Positions 9,012 to 18,658 of a stretch of 64,000 bases of DNA are shown one piece after another. Positions within the stretch are counted from its first letter, which is position 1, and each line of letters starts with the position of its first letter. The stretch comes from an uncultured Clostridia bacterium (GTDB taxonomy: Bacteria > Bacillota > Clostridia > Oscillospirales > Oscillospiraceae), in contig CALYRG010000002.1 of NCBI GenBank assembly GCA_945482615.1, positions 3,605 to 67,604 on the forward strand. The letters run 5' to 3'. Under the pieces are notes generated by a model. That model saw nothing but the letters and a program-made list of their open reading frames with translations, was not told the DNA's origin and searched no databases. The position numbers were made by a program, and so were the translations under genes.

Positions 9012-9392
9012 CTATTCAAGCTTTTCCCAACCGGCGTAGAGGGTCATATCCGTCTCAATGGTCTCTGTTTCTACGTTCCATTGTTCAAAACAGGCGTGAT
9101 CCTTGTACCATCCGGTGAAGAGATACCCTTCTCGGGTAGGCGTCTCCGGTACGTCCAGAAGCTCGCCGTACATCTGGTTTTGTGCAGGCACATCGGTGCC
9201 GCCTCTGGAATCAAAGGTGATGGTAAAGCCGGGATTTCGCATTTCCAGAGCCATCACGATCAAAATAACCGCAATACAGGCCAGAATGATCCGATCCAGA
9301 GCCTTGACGGAAATTTTCACGTGCCGGTACAGTCCGCGGAATTTGGGAACCTGCTCTTCCTGAACATCGGGATTGGCGCGAAAGTCTTCCAT
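9012..9392 (-). CDS. Single-pass membrane protein with an InlB B-repeat (Flg_new-like) domain
   Basis: One hydrophobic helix, then ITFDSRGG...PTREGYLFTGWY...DMTLYAGW; start overlaps the mglC stop. Confidence 0.75.
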   Translation of the reverse strand: MEDFRANPDVQEEQVPKFRGLYRHVKISVKALDRIILACIAVILIVMALEMRNPGFTITFDSRGGTDVPAQNQMYGELLDVPETPTREGYLFTGWYKDHACFEQWNVETETIETDMTLYAGWEKLE

Positions 9393-10468
9393 TACTTCTT
9401 CACCAGGTACTTACGCATATCCAGAGCACAGGCGCAGAGGATGATGGCACCCTTGATGATGTACAGGCTGGAGGAGCTGACACCCAGCATGGTCAGAGCG
9501 ATGAAGATGATACGCAGCACGAAGACACCCATGATGATGCCGCTGATCTTACCGGTACCACCGACGAAGGAAACACCGCCGATGACGCAGGCTGCGATGG
9601 CGTCACACTCGTAGTTGGCGCCGGTACCGGCAGCAATGGAGCCGGAGCGGAAGCCTTCCACAAAGCCGGAATAGCCGTACATGGCGCCGGCCAGAGTATG
9701 GACCAGCATAGTGGTCAGGAACACGTTGACACCGGAAACCTTGGCAGCTTCACCGTTGGAACCCACGGCAAACATGTTCTTGCCGAAGACGGTCTTATTC
9801 CAGATGAACCACATCAGAGCGGTCAGCAGGACAGCATACAGCACATACAGAGGCACGGGGGTGTTGCCCATGTAGAACATGGGGGTACCCAGGAAGTTAC
9901 GGTAGATTTCATCCAGACCGCCGATGGGGGCACCGTTGTTGAAGTCAAAGAACCACAGGATGATGCCATAGGTGATCAGCTGGGTGGACAGTGTCACGAT
10001 GAAGGGGTGCAGGCTGAACTTCGCCACAAAGAAGCCGTTGATCAGACCGATGACAGCGCCGATGGCCACAACGCTCAGCAACGTAACGAACATCCAGAAG
10101 GGAGTAACTTCGGGCAGGAAGGTCAGCATCTTGTTTGCGTAGTCAATTCTCTGCAGGAATGCGCCGGTGATGGCAGCGGTCAGACCGACAGCACGGCCTG
10201 CGGACAGGTCGGTACCGGTCAGAACGATACAGCCGGCGATACCCAGAGCCATGGGCAGGTAAGCAGCAACCTGAACGATCAGATTGCCCAAGCTACCCAT
10301 GGAAAGGAAGTTAGGGCGCTGGATGGCGGTGTAGATACAGAATGCCAGCATCAGAATATACAGAGCATTATTCAGAATCAGATCGGTGATGTACCGCTTC
10401 TGATCCTTCTTGCTCATCTTCTGATATTCAGCAGCAGTGCGTTGCAGCGTTGCAATAGGATTTGCCAT
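9392..10468 (-). CDS. mglC: Galactoside ABC transporter permease
   Basis: GTDLSAGR, FGKNMFAVGSN.EAA.VSGVN, DAIAACVIGGVSFVGG.G. Confidence 0.9.
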   Translation of the reverse strand: MANPIATLQRTAAEYQKMSKKDQKRYITDLILNNALYILMLAFCIYTAIQRPNFLSMGSLGNLIVQVAAYLPMALGIAGCIVLTGTDLSAGRAVGLTAAITGAFLQRIDYANKMLTFLPEVTPFWMFVTLLSVVAIGAVIGLINGFFVAKFSLHPFIVTLSTQLITYGIILWFFDFNNGAPIGGLDEIYRNFLGTPMFYMGNTPVPLYVLYAVLLTALMWFIWNKTVFGKNMFAVGSNGEAAKVSGVNVFLTTMLVHTLAGAMYGYSGFVEGFRSGSIAAGTGANYECDAIAACVIGGVSFVGGTGKISGIIMGVFVLRIIFIALTMLGVSSSSLYIIKGAIILCACALDMRKYLVKK

Positions 10469-10482
10469 TTTGTTTATCCTCC

Positions 10483-11985
10483 TTAGACGTATTTGGCGGC
10501 CAGGGTCATAATCTCTTCCTGGGTGGTGTTGCGGGCGTCCACTTCGCCGGCAACGCGGCCGCCGGACATGACCACGATCCGGTCACAGACACCCAGCAGC
10601 TCGGGCATTTCGGAAGAAACCATGATAACGGTTTTGCCCTTGTGAGCAAGATCCAGAATCAGCTGATAGATCTCATACTTGGCGCCCACGTCGATACCGC
10701 GGGTGGGTTCGTCCAGCAGCAGCACTTCCGGCTCCGTCAGCAGCCAGCGGCCGATGATGACCTTCTGCTGGTTACCGCCGGAAAGGCTGCGGATCTTGGT
10801 CTCCTGAGAGGGTGTCTTGGTATGCATGGCATCAATATAATGCTGGGTATCCTCCCTCTGGGTCTTTTCGCTCAGATAGAGGCCGAAACGCAGATGCCGC
10901 TTCAGACTGGAAATAACCGTATTGGCCTTGATGTCCAGAACACCGAAAATACCGGTGGCCCGGCGCTCTTCCGTCAGCAGGGCGAAGCCGTTCTTGATGG
11001 ATTCACCGGCGCTGCGGTTGAAGCAGGGCTGGTCATTCAGAGAAATGATGCCTTCCTTACGGGTGCGGATGCCGAAGATACTTTCCAGCGTCTCGGTACG
11101 TCCGGAGGAATCCAGACCGGCAAGGCCCAGAATCTCACCTCTGCGGGCATAGAAGGAAACGTCACGAAGCTGGTTGTACATGCCGGTCAGACCGTCCACC
11201 TTCAGATACACATCGCCGGGCACATTGGTCTTGGGGGGGAACTGATTGGTCAGTTCACGGCCAACCATCAGACGGATGATATCATTCATCTCCAGATCCG
11301 CTGCCCGCTCAGTGGCAATCCACTGACCGTCACGCATGACGGTGATGTAGTCGGAGATCCGCTTGATCTCTGCCATCTTGTGGGAGATGTAGATGATGCC
11401 CACGCCCCGGTCACGGAGCATGTTGATGATCTTAAACAGATGCTCCACTTCTTCTTCGGTCAGAGAAGAGGTGGGTTCGTCAAAAACGATGACCTTGGAA
11501 TTGTAGGAAACTGCCTTGGCAATTTCCACCATCTGGCGCTGGGAAACGGGCATGGTACTCATGATCCGGTAGGGATCCACCTTGATGTCCAGTTCCTCAA
11601 AAACGGCCATGGTGTCCTTGTACATTTTCTTTTCGTTGACAGCCAGTCCGCCCATAACGGTGGGGTAACGACCCAGCCAGATGTTGTCCATGACACTGCG
11701 CTTGAGTGCCTGGTTCAGCTCCTGGTGCACCATGGCAACGCCGTTGTCCAGAGCCTCCCGGCTGCTCTTGAAGTCAATTTCTTTGCCTTCCAGATAGATG
11801 TGTCCGCTATCCTTGCCGTAAATGCCGAAAAGACATTTCATCAGCGTGGACTTGCCGGCACCGTTTTCGCCCATCAGGGCATGGACGGTGCCGCCGTGAA
11901 CATTCAAAGAAACATTATCAAGTGCCTTGACACCGGGGAAGGATTTGGAAATACCCACCATTTGCAGCAGAATATCCTGTTCCAT
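10483..11985 (-). CDS. mglA: Galactoside ABC transporter ATPase (two ABC domains)
   Basis: [38 protein letters not shown]. Confidence 0.92.
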   Translation of the reverse strand: MEQDILLQMVGISKSFPGVKALDNVSLNVHGGTVHALMGENGAGKSTLMKCLFGIYGKDSGHIYLEGKEIDFKSSREALDNGVAMVHQELNQALKRSVMDNIWLGRYPTVMGGLAVNEKKMYKDTMAVFEELDIKVDPYRIMSTMPVSQRQMVEIAKAVSYNSKVIVFDEPTSSLTEEEVEHLFKIINMLRDRGVGIIYISHKMAEIKRISDYITVMRDGQWIATERAADLEMNDIIRLMVGRELTNQFPPKTNVPGDVYLKVDGLTGMYNQLRDVSFYARRGEILGLAGLDSSGRTETLESIFGIRTRKEGIISLNDQPCFNRSAGESIKNGFALLTEERRATGIFGVLDIKANTVISSLKRHLRFGLYLSEKTQREDTQHYIDAMHTKTPSQETKIRSLSGGNQQKVIIGRWLLTEPEVLLLDEPTRGIDVGAKYEIYQLILDLAHKGKTVIMVSSEMPELLGVCDRIVVMSGGRVAGEVDARNTTQEEIMTLAAKYV

Positions 11986-12138
11986 GTAGTTTCCTCCCTT
12001 GCTTGTTTTTCCGCACAACCTGATACGGAATGGTCAGCGCCGATTCATCCGATCGGCGTTCACCGCTGCGTATCCTTTGAAAATCGGGAAAGGGGCAGCT
12101 GCCGCCGTAAGCGACAGCTGCCCGGAAATTACCGAAAA

Positions 12139-13230
12139 TTACTCGCCCAGGTAGGGAGCGTAAGCAACGTACAGCTTGGAAGCGCACTCGGGAGCGATGG
12201 TGAAGCGCTCATCGTTCAGAGCAGCCAGAGCATCAGCGGGGGTCTTGCCCTCAGCGATAGCCTTGACGGTAGCGCAGATAGCTTCAGCCATACCAACGTT
12301 GTCCTGCTTGACGGTACCGATCATGGAACCCTCAGCGACCAGAGCCTTTGCAGCGTCGGTTGCGTCAACGCCAAAGACGGGGATGACGTGCTGACCGGCA
12401 GCATTGTAGCCAGCCTGCTTCAGGGACTCGACAACACCTTCAGCCATGCCGTCGTTGTTGCAGATGACCAGCTCGATCATGTTGTTGTTGTCCTTGTTGT
12501 AGGTAACCATGTTGGTGTCCATGTAGTCCTTGGCAGCCTTAGCAGACCATGCGCCCTCGGGGTCAGTCTGCCACTTCTGGGAAGCCTGAGCGTCGAAGTA
12601 CTCCAGAGCGGGCTTGCCGGCAGCAGTCAGAACAGCGTCAGCATCCTCAACGCCGAACTGGGTACGGGCAATAGCCTCAGCATTGCCTTCCTCACCCTTG
12701 AACATTGCGTAGGAGATCTTGCCGTCGCCGTTCAGGTCGACGGTGTCGAAGTTAGCCAGGACGTAGTCGCCGACCATCTTGCCCTGCATGTGGCCAGCCT
12801 CGGGAGCATCGGTGCCGATGAAGCAAGCGGTAGCGTTGCCGTTCAGCAGGGTGACCTCGGAGCCGTCAGCGCCGATGGGACGGTTGAAGAAGACAACGGG
12901 AACCTTGCCGGCTGCATCCAGAACAGTCTGAGCGATGTCGGGGTCACCGGAGGTGACGACGTTCACGACCAGCAGGGTGGTGCCGCCAGCGATAGCGGTC
13001 TTGATCTGCTCCAGCTGCTTAGCCTGATCCTTACCGGCATACTGGTTGTCGTATGCGATACCGGCAGTCTCCAGAGCCTTGTTCAGCTCGGAACGGACGG
13101 TGCTGAGGTACACGTCAGCCTCGTCGTACCAGAAAACGGAAACCTTAGTCTCTGCGGGCTTGGCGCCGCCGCAGGCTGCCAGGCTCAGAACCAGAGCCAG
13201 GGCCAGAACAATTGCGATAAGCTTTTTCAT
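12139..13230 (-). CDS. mglB: Galactose/glucose-binding lipoprotein
   Basis: Lipobox LAAC; PVVFFNR, DLNGDGKI Ca-binding loop, ICNNDGMA, VFGVDA, GTVKQD. Confidence 0.9.
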   Translation of the reverse strand: MKKLIAIVLALALVLSLAACGGAKPAETKVSVFWYDEADVYLSTVRSELNKALETAGIAYDNQYAGKDQAKQLEQIKTAIAGGTTLLVVNVVTSGDPDIAQTVLDAAGKVPVVFFNRPIGADGSEVTLLNGNATACFIGTDAPEAGHMQGKMVGDYVLANFDTVDLNGDGKISYAMFKGEEGNAEAIARTQFGVEDADAVLTAAGKPALEYFDAQASQKWQTDPEGAWSAKAAKDYMDTNMVTYNKDNNNMIELVICNNDGMAEGVVESLKQAGYNAAGQHVIPVFGVDATDAAKALVAEGSMIGTVKQDNVGMAEAICATVKAIAEGKTPADALAALNDERFTIAPECASKLYVAYAPYLGE

Positions 13231-13512
13231 TGGTTTTCCTCCTTAATTATCAAGACAGATAATCTATCTGCCATTGTCCATTGACTATAGCATAATCTTC
13301 GGATGATGTAAAGGATTTGATATTTTTTCTATGTTTCTGTAGAATTCCCCCCGGGGTGCTTTAGCTAAAATGCACAACCTCTGTTTTTGATGATGAAACA
13401 GCTTCTGTTATCTGTGCCATGGTGGACGGCAACAGATCAACACGCCACAGTAACACTTTGGAATGCAGATATGCGGTACTGACTGCTGTGATGAATGATC
13501 ATAAATGTAAGA

Positions 13513-13700
13513 ATCCCCGACCGAGGTCGGGGATGGACTATATTAGGGGTGTTTTGCGTGGTTCTCATCTGTTGGCTCACACATGGGCCAGCAGACCAAT
13601 ACCACACGGGATCTTTCTCGGTTGTTCGGACACAGTACAGCACCCCCTTCCGTGAAAATGCAAGTGCATTATAACACGGAAAGGGGTGATAAGTCGATAG
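13513..13700 (-). repeat. Boundary unit copy 2
   Basis: TCGACT (13697-13692)-18 bp-TATAAT (13673-13668); IR arms 13641-13654 and 13675-13688; dyad 13558-13605; hairpin 13513-13534. Confidence 0.8.
13577..13633 (-). CDS. 18-aa mini-ORF MSEQPRKIPCGIGLLAHV (GTG start)
   Basis: Manual translation; AAGGGGGTG RBS 7 nt upstream. Confidence 0.6.
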   Translation of the reverse strand: MSEQPRKIPCGIGLLAHV

Positions 13701-13764
13701 ATAAACCGATGAATTTATAAAATTGCGGTGTTACTTGCTTGGGATCTTCCGTTACCCAGAGAGC

Positions 13765-13915
13765 GTATTGCACAGGGCGAAAGGACGAGCCTTCATAAAC
13801 GGCAGGATGAAGGAAGTATTATAAAATGATCCTTTCCAAAAGCAAACGCACCAATGTTGCGAAGACCGCTGTTGCCCGTAAATTGGCCTGCTGTATCTGG
13901 AGTATGATGACAGAC
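13765..13915 (+). mobile_element. IS110-family transposase C-terminal remnant
   Basis: RKYYKMILSKSKRTNVAKTAVARKLACCIWSMMT resembles the A..A.ARKL...IW.M tail of IS110 transposases; in-frame stops lie upstream. Confidence 0.6.
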
Positions 13916-14190
13916 CGCATTTTGACTCCGGGGATAGTGACTGCGAGACTGTTCTGGATCAGCTCTACCAAGCCTATGCTGAATCCCACGAAAGTGACCC
14001 AAAGGAGATTGGCGATGGTTTCAAGGAGTTGGAGGTATTTCTACATACCTTGCCCCTGTAGGATAACAATGCAGTGTTTAACCTCTGCTGCCGCTTGTGC
14101 AGTATCTATGAGAGAAAGGCATTTCTGGACGGCATACAGTATGGCGCAAATTTGATAATGGAATTGATCGAAACGAAAAAATTGGAGTAA
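13915..14190 (+). pseudogene. 5'-truncated small hypothetical gene with an internal TAG (14059-14061)
   Basis: PHFDSGDSDCETVLDQLYQAY...TLPL*DNNAVFNLCCRLCSIYERKAFLDGIQYGANLIMEL; followed by a hairpin at about 14197-14226. Confidence 0.5.
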
Positions 14191-14365
14191 TCAGATCGCC
14201 CCCGGTTTGTAAGGAACCGGGGGCGGTATTGCGCTGCGGTCCTGGAACAGCATTCATTTTTTACTGTTTCTTTACCGGCTGGAGATCAGGGCACCCTGTT
14301 TAGATGGTGCATTTGTGTCGAAAGAATGCTATAATGTTATTATGCGGAAATTTGGAGGTTTGGGC

Positions 14366-15427
14366 ATGGTAAGCAAAAAGCATATCCTTTCGGACTGCCT
14401 GTTTACGGTGGTTACGCTGATCGTGGTATTTTTGGTGAATCTGTTTCTGGTGGAACAGTTTGACACCAAGACCATGACACCCATGATTTTTGTGCTGGGT
14501 GTGTTCCTGGTGTCCTGGCGGACACAGGGGTATGTGTTCGGCATTGCGGCCAGTCTGCTCAGTGTGCTGGCGGTGAACTGGGCCTTTACCTATCCCTACT
14601 GGGCCTTTGACCTGATCTCCCCGGAGTGCATTTCCTCTGCGGTGGTCATGCTGATCGTCGCCACCATGACCGGCGCACTGACCACCCGATTAAAGCAGCA
14701 GGAAAAGCTGAAAGCGGAAGCGGAAAAGGAACGGATGCGGGGCAACCTCCTCCGGGCGGTATCCCATGATCTGCGCACCCCGCTGACCTCCATCTATGGC
14801 TCCTGCTCTGTCATTCTGGAAAATTATGACAGCATCTCCGATGAGCGCAAAATGACGCTACTGAAGGATATTCAGACCGATTCCCAATGGCTGAACCGCA
14901 TGGTGGAAAACCTGCTGTCTGTTACCCGCGTGGATGCGGATACGGTTCGCCTGTCCAAGCACAGCACCGTGCTGGAGGAGCTGATCGATGCCCTGCTTGT
15001 GAAGTTTCATAAGCATTATCCAAATCAGAATGTACAGGTAACCATTCCGGAGGAATTTGTCAGCATCCCCATGGATCCGGTGCTGATCGAGCAGGTGCTG
15101 ATGAATCTGCTGGAAAATGCGGTGTTCCATGCCCACGGGATGCAAAACCTCTGGCTCCGGGTGGAGCTGCAAAACAGAAAGGCTGTCTTTTCTGTGGAGG
15201 ATGATGGCTGCGGGATCCCGCCGGAGAGAATGAATTTCCTGTTTACGGGACTTCTGGACAGCGAAGCCCCGGCGGATTCTACCCGCAGCAATATGGGCAT
15301 CGGTCTGAGTGTGTGCAGGACCATCATCAAGGCCCATGGCAGCGAGCTGAAAGCCTACAACCGCCCCGAGGGCGGTGCGTCCTTCAGCTTTGCTTTGGAA
15401 ATGGAGGAAATGGGAAATGTCGAATAA
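14366..15427 (+). CDS. KdpD-like sensor histidine kinase (DUF4118 membrane domain plus kinase; no N-terminal KdpD/USP domains)
   Basis: Four TM helices; LLRAVSHDLRTPLTSI H-box; NLLENA, DDGCGI, GIGLSVC. Confidence 0.85.
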   Translation: MVSKKHILSDCLFTVVTLIVVFLVNLFLVEQFDTKTMTPMIFVLGVFLVSWRTQGYVFGIAASLLSVLAVNWAFTYPYWAFDLISPECISSAVVMLIVATMTGALTTRLKQQEKLKAEAEKERMRGNLLRAVSHDLRTPLTSIYGSCSVILENYDSISDERKMTLLKDIQTDSQWLNRMVENLLSVTRVDADTVRLSKHSTVLEELIDALLVKFHKHYPNQNVQVTIPEEFVSIPMDPVLIEQVLMNLLENAVFHAHGMQNLWLRVELQNRKAVFSVEDDGCGIPPERMNFLFTGLLDSEAPADSTRSNMGIGLSVCRTIIKAHGSELKAYNRPEGGASFSFALEMEEMGNVE

Positions 15428-16124
15428 TAAATATAAAATTCTTGTGGTGGAGGATGACCGCAGCATCCTGAGCATGATCCAGACCGTTCTGGACACCAAT
15501 GGATACCAAGTGCTTACCGCCCAGCGGTGCCGGCAGGGGATTCTGATGCTGACTTCCCATATGCCGGATCTGGTGGTGCTGGATCTGGGATTGCCGGATA
15601 TGGACGGAGAGGAGTTCATCCGGGTCGCCCGCCGCAGCAGCATGATCCCCATTATTGTCCTGTCCGCCCGGTCCGATGAACAGGATAAAATATCTGCTCT
15701 GGATTTGGGTGCCAATGATTATATTACCAAGCCCTTCGGCACCGGGGAATTGCTGGCCCGGGTCCGGGCGTCCCTGCGGATCAACCGCATGAATCTGCAG
15801 GCCGCCGTTCCCGCCAGCGTCTTCACTTTGGGTGATCTTGAAATTGACTATGACCGCAGACAGGTCACGGTGGGCGGCAGAGTGATTCATGTAACCCAGA
15901 CAGAATTTAATATCCTCTCGCTGCTGAGCCAGCAGGTTGGTAAAGTCATGACCTATTCCGCCATTATCAATTCTATTTGGGGAACCATGGATGATGGCAG
16001 TATAAAAAAGCTTCAGGTGAACATGGCTAACATCCGCAAAAAACTTGGATGTAAGCCCGGAGAGAATAAATACATCATCAACGAGCTGGGTGTCGGCTAC
16101 CGAATGCCGGATTCGCAGATATAA
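15417..16124 (+). CDS. KdpE-like OmpR-family response regulator
   Basis: VVEDD, LDLGLPDMDG, ALDLGANDYITKPF, LQVNMANIRKKL, NELGVGYR. Confidence 0.9.
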   Translation: MSNNKYKILVVEDDRSILSMIQTVLDTNGYQVLTAQRCRQGILMLTSHMPDLVVLDLGLPDMDGEEFIRVARRSSMIPIIVLSARSDEQDKISALDLGANDYITKPFGTGELLARVRASLRINRMNLQAAVPASVFTLGDLEIDYDRRQVTVGGRVIHVTQTEFNILSLLSQQVGKVMTYSAIINSIWGTMDDGSIKKLQVNMANIRKKLGCKPGENKYIINELGVGYRMPDSQI

Positions 16125-16222
16125 TCTTTACCGCGTCTTAGCCGAAACCCCATACTATTTGCTCTAAATTAACCGCCTCACCCGTATAATGGGTGAGGCA
16201 ATTTTTATTTTGGAGGATAATC

Positions 16223-17344
16223 ATGGAAGTATTGATTCAAAACGTTTCCTACATTACCTGGCAGATGCTGGTGATGTGGGGCATTGGCGGTGTGCTGATT
16301 TATCTTGCCATCGTAAAACAGATGGAGCCGACTCTGCTGCTGCCCATGGGCTTCGGTGCCATCCTGGTAAACCTGCCTGTGGCGGTGGAGGGAACCGGAG
16401 TGCAGCACGTGCTGGATGCCCTGTTTTCCATCGGTATTGATGGGGCGGAGCTGTTCCCCCTGATGCTGTTTGTCGGCATCGGTGCCATGATCGATTTTCA
16501 GCCGTTGCTGACAAATCCCAAGCTGATGATCTTCGGCGCTGCCGCCCAGTTCGGTATTTTCTTCACCCTGGCGCTGGCATCCTTGCTGGGCTATGACCTG
16601 CGAGATGCCGCATCCATCTCCATCATCGGTGCAGCAGACGGCCCCACATCCATTTTTGTGGCTACGGAGCTGGGCAGCAAATACTTAGGTGCCATCATGG
16701 TGGCAGCCTATTCCTACATGGCGCTGGTTCCTCTGATCCAGCCGCCCATTATTAAGCTCTGCACCACCAAGGCAGAGCGGAAGATTAAAATGCAGTACAA
16801 GGGCAAGCCCGTTTCCAAGACTACCAAAATTCTGTTCCCCATCGTGGTGACCGTTATCGTTGGTATTGTGGCTCCCGATGCGGTGGCGTTGATCGGCTTT
16901 TTGATGTTCGGCAATCTGATCCGGGAGTGCGGCGTGATGCAGTCCATTTCCGAAACGGCACAAAATGCCCTGGCAAACCTCATTACCATTTTCTTAGGCA
17001 TCACCATCGCTTCCCGGATGAAGGCGGCAGACTTTTTGCAGGTCGATACCCTGATCATCATTGGGCTGGGACTGGTGGCCTTCGTGTTCGACACCTTTGG
17101 TGGCATCATGGTGGCAAAGCTCATGAACCTGCTGACCAAAGAAAAGATCAATCCCATGATCGGTGCTGCGGGCATTTCCGCCTTCCCCATGTCCGCCCGA
17201 GTGGTGCATAAGCTGGGCCTGGAGGAGGATAACCAGAACTTCCTGCTGATGCATTCCGTCGGTGTCAATGTGTCCGGTCAGATCGCGTCTGTCATTGCAG
17301 GCGGCCTGATCCTGGCATTGGTAAAAGCAGAGATTGGAGGGTAA
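16223..17344 (+). CDS. oadB: Na+-translocating carboxybiotin decarboxylase beta subunit
   Basis: EPTLLLPMGFG, GAAAQFGIF, IIGAADGPTSI, AAYSYMALVP, IGAAGISAFPMSAR. Confidence 0.92.
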   Translation: MEVLIQNVSYITWQMLVMWGIGGVLIYLAIVKQMEPTLLLPMGFGAILVNLPVAVEGTGVQHVLDALFSIGIDGAELFPLMLFVGIGAMIDFQPLLTNPKLMIFGAAAQFGIFFTLALASLLGYDLRDAASISIIGAADGPTSIFVATELGSKYLGAIMVAAYSYMALVPLIQPPIIKLCTTKAERKIKMQYKGKPVSKTTKILFPIVVTVIVGIVAPDAVALIGFLMFGNLIRECGVMQSISETAQNALANLITIFLGITIASRMKAADFLQVDTLIIIGLGLVAFVFDTFGGIMVAKLMNLLTKEKINPMIGAAGISAFPMSARVVHKLGLEEDNQNFLLMHSVGVNVSGQIASVIAGGLILALVKAEIGG

Positions 17345-17347
17345 GCT

Positions 17348-17470
17348 ATGCGTGTGGATCTTTTGATGGAAGCCCTGCCCATTATGGGTACAGGTTACTT
17401 AGGTATTTTCATCGTTACCGGTGTGATCATCGGTATTATCACCTTGCTGACCAAGCTGACTAAGCGGTAA
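17348..17470 (+). CDS. 40-aa single-TM OadG-like small subunit
   Basis: MRVDLLMEALPIMGTGYLGIFIVTGVIIGIITLLTKLTKR; GGAGG RBS; starts 3 nt after oadB; too short for the ORF track. Confidence 0.7.
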   Translation: MRVDLLMEALPIMGTGYLGIFIVTGVIIGIITLLTKLTKR

Positions 17471-17533
17471 ATATCCACTTCCCCAACCATAAAAACAGCG
17501 TCGCGGATCAACTGTGTCCGTGGCGCTGAATTT

Positions 17534-18499
17534 TTATGCTTCGCTGTCTGCGGCGGGTTCTTCCGGTTCCGGAGGGACGATGACTTCTTCCTCTTTTTCC
17601 TTTTCAGGCAATTTCGGCGCAACACTTTTGAACACATCCGCTACCTCGGAGATGGTCAGGTAGGCGGCGGGATCGATGGTATGGACAATGTTTTTCATCC
17701 GGGCGATCTGGAAGCGGTTCACCACGAAATAGATCACCGTCCTATCCACATTGGTAAAACCGCCCTTGGCGGGGATCTTGGTGGTGCCGCATTCAAAGGC
17801 TTCCATCAGGGCAAGGCTTACGTCCTCCGCCTTTTCCGTAATGATCATCACACTCTTGGAGCGATCTAAGCCCTCCACAATGAAGTCCACTGCGTTCTGG
17901 CCCACATAGTAGGTAATGATGGAATACAGGGGCAGGATCCAGCTTTGGCAGCTGATGCCCGCCAGGATATACAGCACCACATTGTAGGCCATGACAAAGT
18001 TGCCTACGGTGACACCCAGCTTCTTCGCAAAGATCACAGCCATGACCTCCATGCCGTCAATGGCACCACCTGCCCGGAGGGTCAGGCCGCTGCCCACACC
18101 GGAGATCAGACCGCCGAAGATGGCACACAGCAGCAGGTCACTGCCCGCAAAGGGGGAGGCATTGGCAACATCAATGGGAAGAACATCCTGGATCAGCCAG
18201 GCAACCGCCGCATAAACACAGACCGCGAAAATAGAATACACGGTAAAGGCAAAGCCCTGCTTTTTCAGGCCGTAGAGAAACAGTGGCACATTGAGTACCA
18301 CCAGAAACACCGACAGCGTCAGCCATGTGGGGGTAAGCTGGTCCAGCAGCATGGAGGTGCCGGAAATGCCGCTGTCATACAGTCCCACAGGGGTCAGAAA
18401 CATGGTGACACCCAATGCGTTTACTGTGCCGGAAACCAGCAGCATCAGGAAATTTTGCAGTTTCAGTGGCTGGCGGGGTTTTTGGCCTTTTTTCTTCAA
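17534..18499 (-). CDS. YitT-family membrane protein
   Basis: LYDSGISG, LNVPLF, GGAIDG, RSKSVMIIT..DPAAYLTISEV; TTG start after AAGGAGG. Confidence 0.85.
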   Translation of the reverse strand: MKKKGQKPRQPLKLQNFLMLLVSGTVNALGVTMFLTPVGLYDSGISGTSMLLDQLTPTWLTLSVFLVVLNVPLFLYGLKKQGFAFTVYSIFAVCVYAAVAWLIQDVLPIDVANASPFAGSDLLLCAIFGGLISGVGSGLTLRAGGAIDGMEVMAVIFAKKLGVTVGNFVMAYNVVLYILAGISCQSWILPLYSIITYYVGQNAVDFIVEGLDRSKSVMIITEKAEDVSLALMEAFECGTTKIPAKGGFTNVDRTVIYFVVNRFQIARMKNIVHTIDPAAYLTISEVADVFKSVAPKLPEKEKEEEVIVPPEPEEPAADSEA

Positions 18500-18658
18500 C
18501 GAAAGCCCTCCTTTTGGGATTTGGTTCAGTATAGCATAAAAAACAGGTTCAGACAAGGATACAGTTCCGAAATGCACAAAAGGACTTGCTTCTTAACCGC
18601 ATCTTTACTGGATATCCTGTATAATAATTGGAATTATAGATAGGAAAGGAAGATTTAT

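Noticed and set aside
10462-13284. 940-aa plus-strand ORF and similar long antisense ORFs (29124-31679, 27257-29242, 44123-46321, 25012-26763)
   Set aside because: They mirror well-supported genes on the opposite strand, have no motifs, and are expected from GC-rich codon bias
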